This document shows, piece by piece, positions 54,122 to 58,242 of a stretch of 58,242 nt of DNA (position 1 is its first letter; every line of letters starts with the position of its first letter). The notes below the pieces were generated by a model. It saw only the letters and a program-made list of their open reading frames with translations. It was not told the DNA's origin and did no database searches. The stretch is from Candidatus Levybacteria bacterium GW2011_GWA1_37_16 (GTDB lineage: Bacteria > Patescibacteriota > Microgenomatia > Levybacterales > UBA12049), in the NCBI GenBank assembly GCA_943354875.1, contig CALRDJ010000001.1:1-58242 (forward strand), in the 5' to 3' direction. The position numbers and the translations under genes were made by a program.

Positions 54122-55104
54122 ATATTTTTTAAAACTGAGGTATTAATCCAGCTACTATAACGCTCGTCATTTGGATTAGAAAACATATTTTTCTGTAATG
54201 CATCGAAGATTTCAGAAATCCCTTCTTTCACTGTTTTTTGAGGTACAAATCCGATCGTGTTTTTAATTTTTTCGAAAGAAACTTTATAGTCTCGGTTATC
54301 TGGCGTTCCACCTTTTTTTTCAACTTTCATATCAGGAAAAATCTCTCTCACCAAGTCAACTAATTGTTTTTTTTGTAAATTTTCAGTCCCTACATTGAAT
54401 ACTTCCCCTGTCACTTTTTTTCTATCTGCTTCCATAATCGCATATAGTGCATTTGCCGCATCTATCGTATGTGTATATGGACGCCATGCGTCTTCCTTGT
54501 AAAGCAAAATCTGCTGACCCACAAATGCATCACGTACCATTTCATTAATCAGTAAATTAAAGCGCATTCTACCAGAAAGACCGAATATGGTTGCTAATCG
54601 AAGGATGGTGACACCAAAATCCTCTGAACTTAAAGACAACAGGGTATTTTCTGTATCTATTTTAGTTTCTGCATACAAAGATAAGGGTTTTAATAGGTCG
54701 GTTTCAACAGCAAGTGTTGTAGCGTCTGAAATACCATAGTTACTACATGTAGATGAGAATATGAATCTCCCGACTCCTGCAGCTCTCGCAACGTCCGCTA
54801 ATTGAACTGACGCTTCGAAGTTAATTTCTTTAGTAAGATTTTCATCCACTTTACACGCAGGCTCTCCCACCAATGCTGCCAAATGAAAAACAACCGATAC
54901 TCCCTCTATGACTTCTTCGACTAGCTCCCTACTTCGAACATCCCCAACGACTAGAGAAAAATGCGGATGAGAAACAAACGGCAGCAGACTTTCACCGCCA
55001 AACATGAGTGCATCCAGTCCGACCACCTCATGTCCTTTCTCTAGTAGTTTTCCCGTTAAAACACTTCCTAAATATCCGGCTGCACCGGTAACAAGAATCT
55101 TCAT
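54118..55104 (-). CDS. Extended SDR NDP-sugar epimerase/reductase
   Basis: ILVTGAAGYLGSVL, SSTCSNYG, catalytic YAETK. Confidence 0.7.
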   Translation of the reverse strand: MKILVTGAAGYLGSVLTGKLLEKGHEVVGLDALMFGGESLLPFVSHPHFSLVVGDVRSRELVEEVIEGVSVVFHLAALVGEPACKVDENLTKEINFEASVQLADVARAAGVGRFIFSSTCSNYGISDATTLAVETDLLKPLSLYAETKIDTENTLLSLSSEDFGVTILRLATIFGLSGRMRFNLLINEMVRDAFVGQQILLYKEDAWRPYTHTIDAANALYAIMEADRKKVTGEVFNVGTENLQKKQLVDLVREIFPDMKVEKKGGTPDNRDYKVSFEKIKNTIGFVPQKTVKEGISEIFDALQKNMFSNPNDERYSSWINTSVLKNI

Positions 55105-55106
55105 AA

Positions 55107-55970
55107 TTATTTTTTAAAAGACGCCAATTGACCAATCATGAAACCCGAAAACCCAACAACCTGCTCCATTCCCAACATGACTATCATACCACAGGTTAAT
55201 TGTGGGTTTTTTAATAATTTTTTCCAATTCCGGTAAAAAGCAGGACGAAGAAAATAAATAACTTGTCGACCTGTTGTACGAATTGAATGTTTCTTCAAAT
55301 ACGAAGATAGGCATTTCCCGTAATAGTATTTCTTCCATAATAAATCATATAAACTCAGTTTTCCTTCGTCATGAATTATAAAACTTTTAATTCTTTCAAT
55401 CTGATATCTTTTTTTAATTCGCTGAGGTAAATCCCAATCTTCAGGCCCCGTAAGCTTCTCATCGTACCCACCCATTTCCCAGTATGCATTCTTTTCGAAA
55501 AACCGTGCTGCCTCAATATCTGCATCGCCTACATAACAGCTTCTTTCTAACGCTTTACACATGGCCCAAAACCCTTTTCCTATACTTTTTTCGCCTATTA
55601 CAACTGCTTTAATATTTGAATTTTTGGTAATTACCTCTATGCAGTCCTTAACTACATCTTTTTCCAATATCATATCTGAGTCAGGTACGAAATAATAATC
55701 TCCAGTTGCTTTTTTCGCTGCAAAGTTTCTCTGTGCACTCCGCTCCGGACCATATGAATAAATATTTTTCGTGAACATCCTAGCTATCTCTACTGTCTTA
55801 TCAGTAGATGAGTTATCTACAACTATGATCTCAACGTTTTGGTACGATTGATCCTTAATACTCTTTAGATGCTCCAGAAGTGTTCGAGATGAATTCTTCG
55901 TATGGACTAATACAGAAACTAAAGGATTTTTTTTCATAAGATTGATATTAATTGTATCAGACAGTACCAT
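55107..55970 (-). CDS. GT2-family glycosyltransferase
   Basis: VSVLVHTKNSSRTL...IIVVDNSSTDKT, VPDSDM. ATG 55937 (MKKNPLVSV) is the alternative start. Confidence 0.8.
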   Translation of the reverse strand: MVLSDTININLMKKNPLVSVLVHTKNSSRTLLEHLKSIKDQSYQNVEIIVVDNSSTDKTVEIARMFTKNIYSYGPERSAQRNFAAKKATGDYYFVPDSDMILEKDVVKDCIEVITKNSNIKAVVIGEKSIGKGFWAMCKALERSCYVGDADIEAARFFEKNAYWEMGGYDEKLTGPEDWDLPQRIKKRYQIERIKSFIIHDEGKLSLYDLLWKKYYYGKCLSSYLKKHSIRTTGRQVIYFLRPAFYRNWKKLLKNPQLTCGMIVMLGMEQVVGFSGFMIGQLASFKK

Positions 55971-55995
55971 GGTTTACCATAAAAATCTAAATTAC

Positions 55996-58227
55996 TTATA
56001 ATTCAGGCAACCAGAGAAAGTTTTTGGGTATATCTTTATTATAAAATGGGTATTTATTCATATTTAATGGAATAGAATCAGAGGAGTAAATCTCCACATA
56101 CTCAATGAAATATTTTTCTTGAGGAAAACAATTATCCAGCTGAAAACTCACCGTAGCATACTTTGCTTTTTCAGGAGCACTACCCTCAGCTGTTAAGTTA
56201 TCCCATTCCGCTTCTGGATCAAGTAGACCAGAAACTATAGTCTTCATTTTTTTCTTATCAGACTCATAGAAATCTAATCTAAAAAATCCATCACGATATG
56301 ATTTATAAATTGGATTAGCTGTTCTTCTTACAGACCCGATAAGAGAATACCATTTTTTACCCTCAACAGAAAAATATGATGAAACTATCTGTGTTTCATT
56401 CTTACAACCAGCGGTATCTATAGAAAAATTTCCAGATTCAACATCATGATTAAGTTTTTCTGGAAATTTTATTCCAGGCCAAATTTTTATATAATCTCCT
56501 TCTGTAGATTGAAAATCAAACCTAGAAACCAAATTTTTATCCCTATGCTCTACGACTTCTGGCAATTTTGCTATAAAAATCGCCCGATCGGGTGATTGCC
56601 AAAAAGGCTTAACAAATTCTTTTATTCTATATGATCCAATTTCGTTTAAAACGAGACTTGTATGACTATTTTCTATGATATCCCAAAATAAATCGTCGTT
56701 AAAAAATGCTTCCTGAACTAACCCGCTGTCAATCCATCTCTGACTGTTAACTAAGGATGTATAGAGCGAACTGACTACTACCCACCCAGCACCAGCCTCT
56801 TGTAATTCTCCAATTGATAAAAGTCGGGTAGATCCAACTGGACTTATATCTATTTCTTGTATATTTTGAGTCAAAGGAAGGTTTACGGCAGAAACAGCTA
56901 CCCTGCTACCTGCTGGCAAATTATGAGTTAGCCATTCAGAAGCCAATGTCTGGTTCAGGGGTCTGGAGAAATATAACGATGTTAAAAAACTATTTTTTAA
57001 CGATGGCCACACGAGACATAATAAAACCACTATTAAAACGGCTCTTCTTAAAATCCTAAATTTAATAAATCGAGTAAGATCAAAAACGAAAAACGCTGGA
57101 AATAGAAGAAGAAATGGGATAACTGGAGTATAGTAACGCGCAGACGACGGAGCTGCAATCATCAAAAACATAATGAGCACAGGAAAAATAATTGATCCTA
57201 AAATCAAAGTGCTCTTAAAATTTCTAATAAGTGAGTACGCAAAACCTAAAATAATTGCGATGGTTAATAGATCGCCAATTGCATACCTTACAAGATAGTA
57301 TGATCCAACTAACGACCGGTGGTAATCGTAGTTCATCAACGTAGAAAAAGGAGCCGTGACACCAAACCTCTGAGAATCATATAAGTATTCCTTATGAAAC
57401 TCGCTAAAGTCAAAGACTATAAAAGGATTTAAGACAATAAAAGTTATTACGGCAATGATAAGAGAAGATAATAATTTTTTCCCAAAAAACAAAAGTATTT
57501 TTTTATAAACTCCCCCTCGCCCACCAAGAACTGACAAGAGATGACAAAGCAAAAATAATGGCAAGACATATATAAAGTACTTTACAGAGAATGCTAATCC
57601 TAATCCCAATCCAGTCAGAATATACGAACGTAGTGAATTACTCTTGATAAGATTTATACTTAATAACACTGATAAGGAAGCGAAAAATGAAGCGGGAGCA
57701 TCAGCGAGCACCAGAACGCTGCTTAGGACATGACGATAATTAACTGCTGTAAGCAAAGCAGCTATCAATCCTACCTTTTCGTTGTACAGTTTTTTCCCGA
57801 TTAAATATATTGGTATAACTGTCAACGAACCAAGAAGAGCTGTGATGTATCTTGTCCAGTATAAGTATTGATGTGGTGCCTTTAAAGAATATACAAATGC
57901 TTCGTAAAATCCTACGAATCCCCTATCCACAACTACATCCAAATGAGAGAAAAGAAATACGAAAAAAACAAAAGGAAGAAGGAGTATAACAATAATTACT
58001 GAATATAAAATATGAAGTAGCCCACCATATGAATACAGTATTGGCGCATATTTACCTTGAGTTATAAACTGATGAACAGAACCATATATAGTAGGCTCGT
58101 CAGGATGATTAGCAGGAAAACCTGGGTAGATTCCTAAAAATCTGATAAAACAAGCAAATAAAAAAATTAAGAATATCAGACCTCGAGAATGGGAGTATCT
58201 TCGCTTAATAAAACGCAAACTCACCAA
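55996..58227 (-). CDS. GT39/PMT_2-like GT-C membrane glycosyltransferase with C-terminal CBM-like jelly-roll domain
   Basis: 743 aa. First-loop sequence FIRFLGIYPGFPANHPDEPTIYGS carries the DE motif. Many TM segments. C-terminal segment GKKWYSLIGSVRR...GFFRLDFYESD...AKYATVSFQL resembles CBM4_9-type modules. The start is TTG/GTG, and the frame stays open to the window edge, so the true start may lie outside the window. Confidence 0.65.
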   Translation of the reverse strand: MVSLRFIKRRYSHSRGLIFLIFLFACFIRFLGIYPGFPANHPDEPTIYGSVHQFITQGKYAPILYSYGGLLHILYSVIIVILLLPFVFFVFLFSHLDVVVDRGFVGFYEAFVYSLKAPHQYLYWTRYITALLGSLTVIPIYLIGKKLYNEKVGLIAALLTAVNYRHVLSSVLVLADAPASFFASLSVLLSINLIKSNSLRSYILTGLGLGLAFSVKYFIYVLPLFLLCHLLSVLGGRGGVYKKILLFFGKKLLSSLIIAVITFIVLNPFIVFDFSEFHKEYLYDSQRFGVTAPFSTLMNYDYHRSLVGSYYLVRYAIGDLLTIAIILGFAYSLIRNFKSTLILGSIIFPVLIMFLMIAAPSSARYYTPVIPFLLLFPAFFVFDLTRFIKFRILRRAVLIVVLLCLVWPSLKNSFLTSLYFSRPLNQTLASEWLTHNLPAGSRVAVSAVNLPLTQNIQEIDISPVGSTRLLSIGELQEAGAGWVVVSSLYTSLVNSQRWIDSGLVQEAFFNDDLFWDIIENSHTSLVLNEIGSYRIKEFVKPFWQSPDRAIFIAKLPEVVEHRDKNLVSRFDFQSTEGDYIKIWPGIKFPEKLNHDVESGNFSIDTAGCKNETQIVSSYFSVEGKKWYSLIGSVRRTANPIYKSYRDGFFRLDFYESDKKKMKTIVSGLLDPEAEWDNLTAEGSAPEKAKYATVSFQLDNCFPQEKYFIEYVEIYSSDSIPLNMNKYPFYNKDIPKNFLWLPEL

Positions 58228-58242
58228 AATAAAGCTACTTAA

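Noticed and set aside
1..58242. Search for rRNA, tRNA, CRISPR arrays, transposases, integrases, inverted or direct terminal repeats, and defence genes.
   Set aside because: No non-coding gap exceeds about 62 nt, no repeat-spacer periodicity is visible, and no ORF shows recombinase, nuclease or ATPase motifs. Nothing supports such a feature. By eye I cannot exclude short dispersed repeats, which a self-dot-plot would settle.

Overview
The window is almost entirely coding. I call 53 CDS, and the gaps between them sum to only a few hundred nt. It reads as one continuous cell-envelope glycosylation locus from an AT-rich, very compact genome. The gene style suggests an uncultivated Patescibacteria/CPR-like bacterium, but that is low-confidence inference. 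The standard genetic code applies, since TGA is used as a stop. I see no rRNA, tRNA, CRISPR array, transposase, integrase or defence gene, and no non-coding gap exceeds about 62 nt.

Gene content:
- About 10 polytopic GT-C-like (lipid-carrier-dependent) membrane glycosyltransferases. Several are very large (up to 1118 aa) and fused to discoidin/CBM-like or O-antigen-ligase-like domains.
- 4 Dpm1/GtrB/ArnC-like polyprenol-phosphate sugar synthases.
- About 5 other GT2 and about 6 GT4 glycosyltransferases.
- 8 clear SAM methyltransferases plus 1 cryptic one.
- About 10 SDR sugar epimerases, dehydratases or reductases.
- A CDP-hexose block: rfbF, rfbG, an rfbH-like dehydrase lacking Fe-S ligands, and a split transketolase.
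- A Lys-type DegT aminotransferase block, a CE4 deacetylase, a hexapeptide acetyltransferase, a histidine phosphatase, and two truncated UDP-glucose-dehydrogenase-like proteins.

Notably absent are an initiating phosphoglycosyltransferase, a Wzx flippase, an ABC exporter and chain-length regulators.

Genes within operons are translationally coupled by ATGA or TAATG overlaps. Operon-first genes sit 6-10 nt behind TATAAT-type boxes, which suggests leaderless transcripts. Convergent gene ends overlap, leaving no room for terminators.

All functional calls come from motif recognition by eye. No database search was run.
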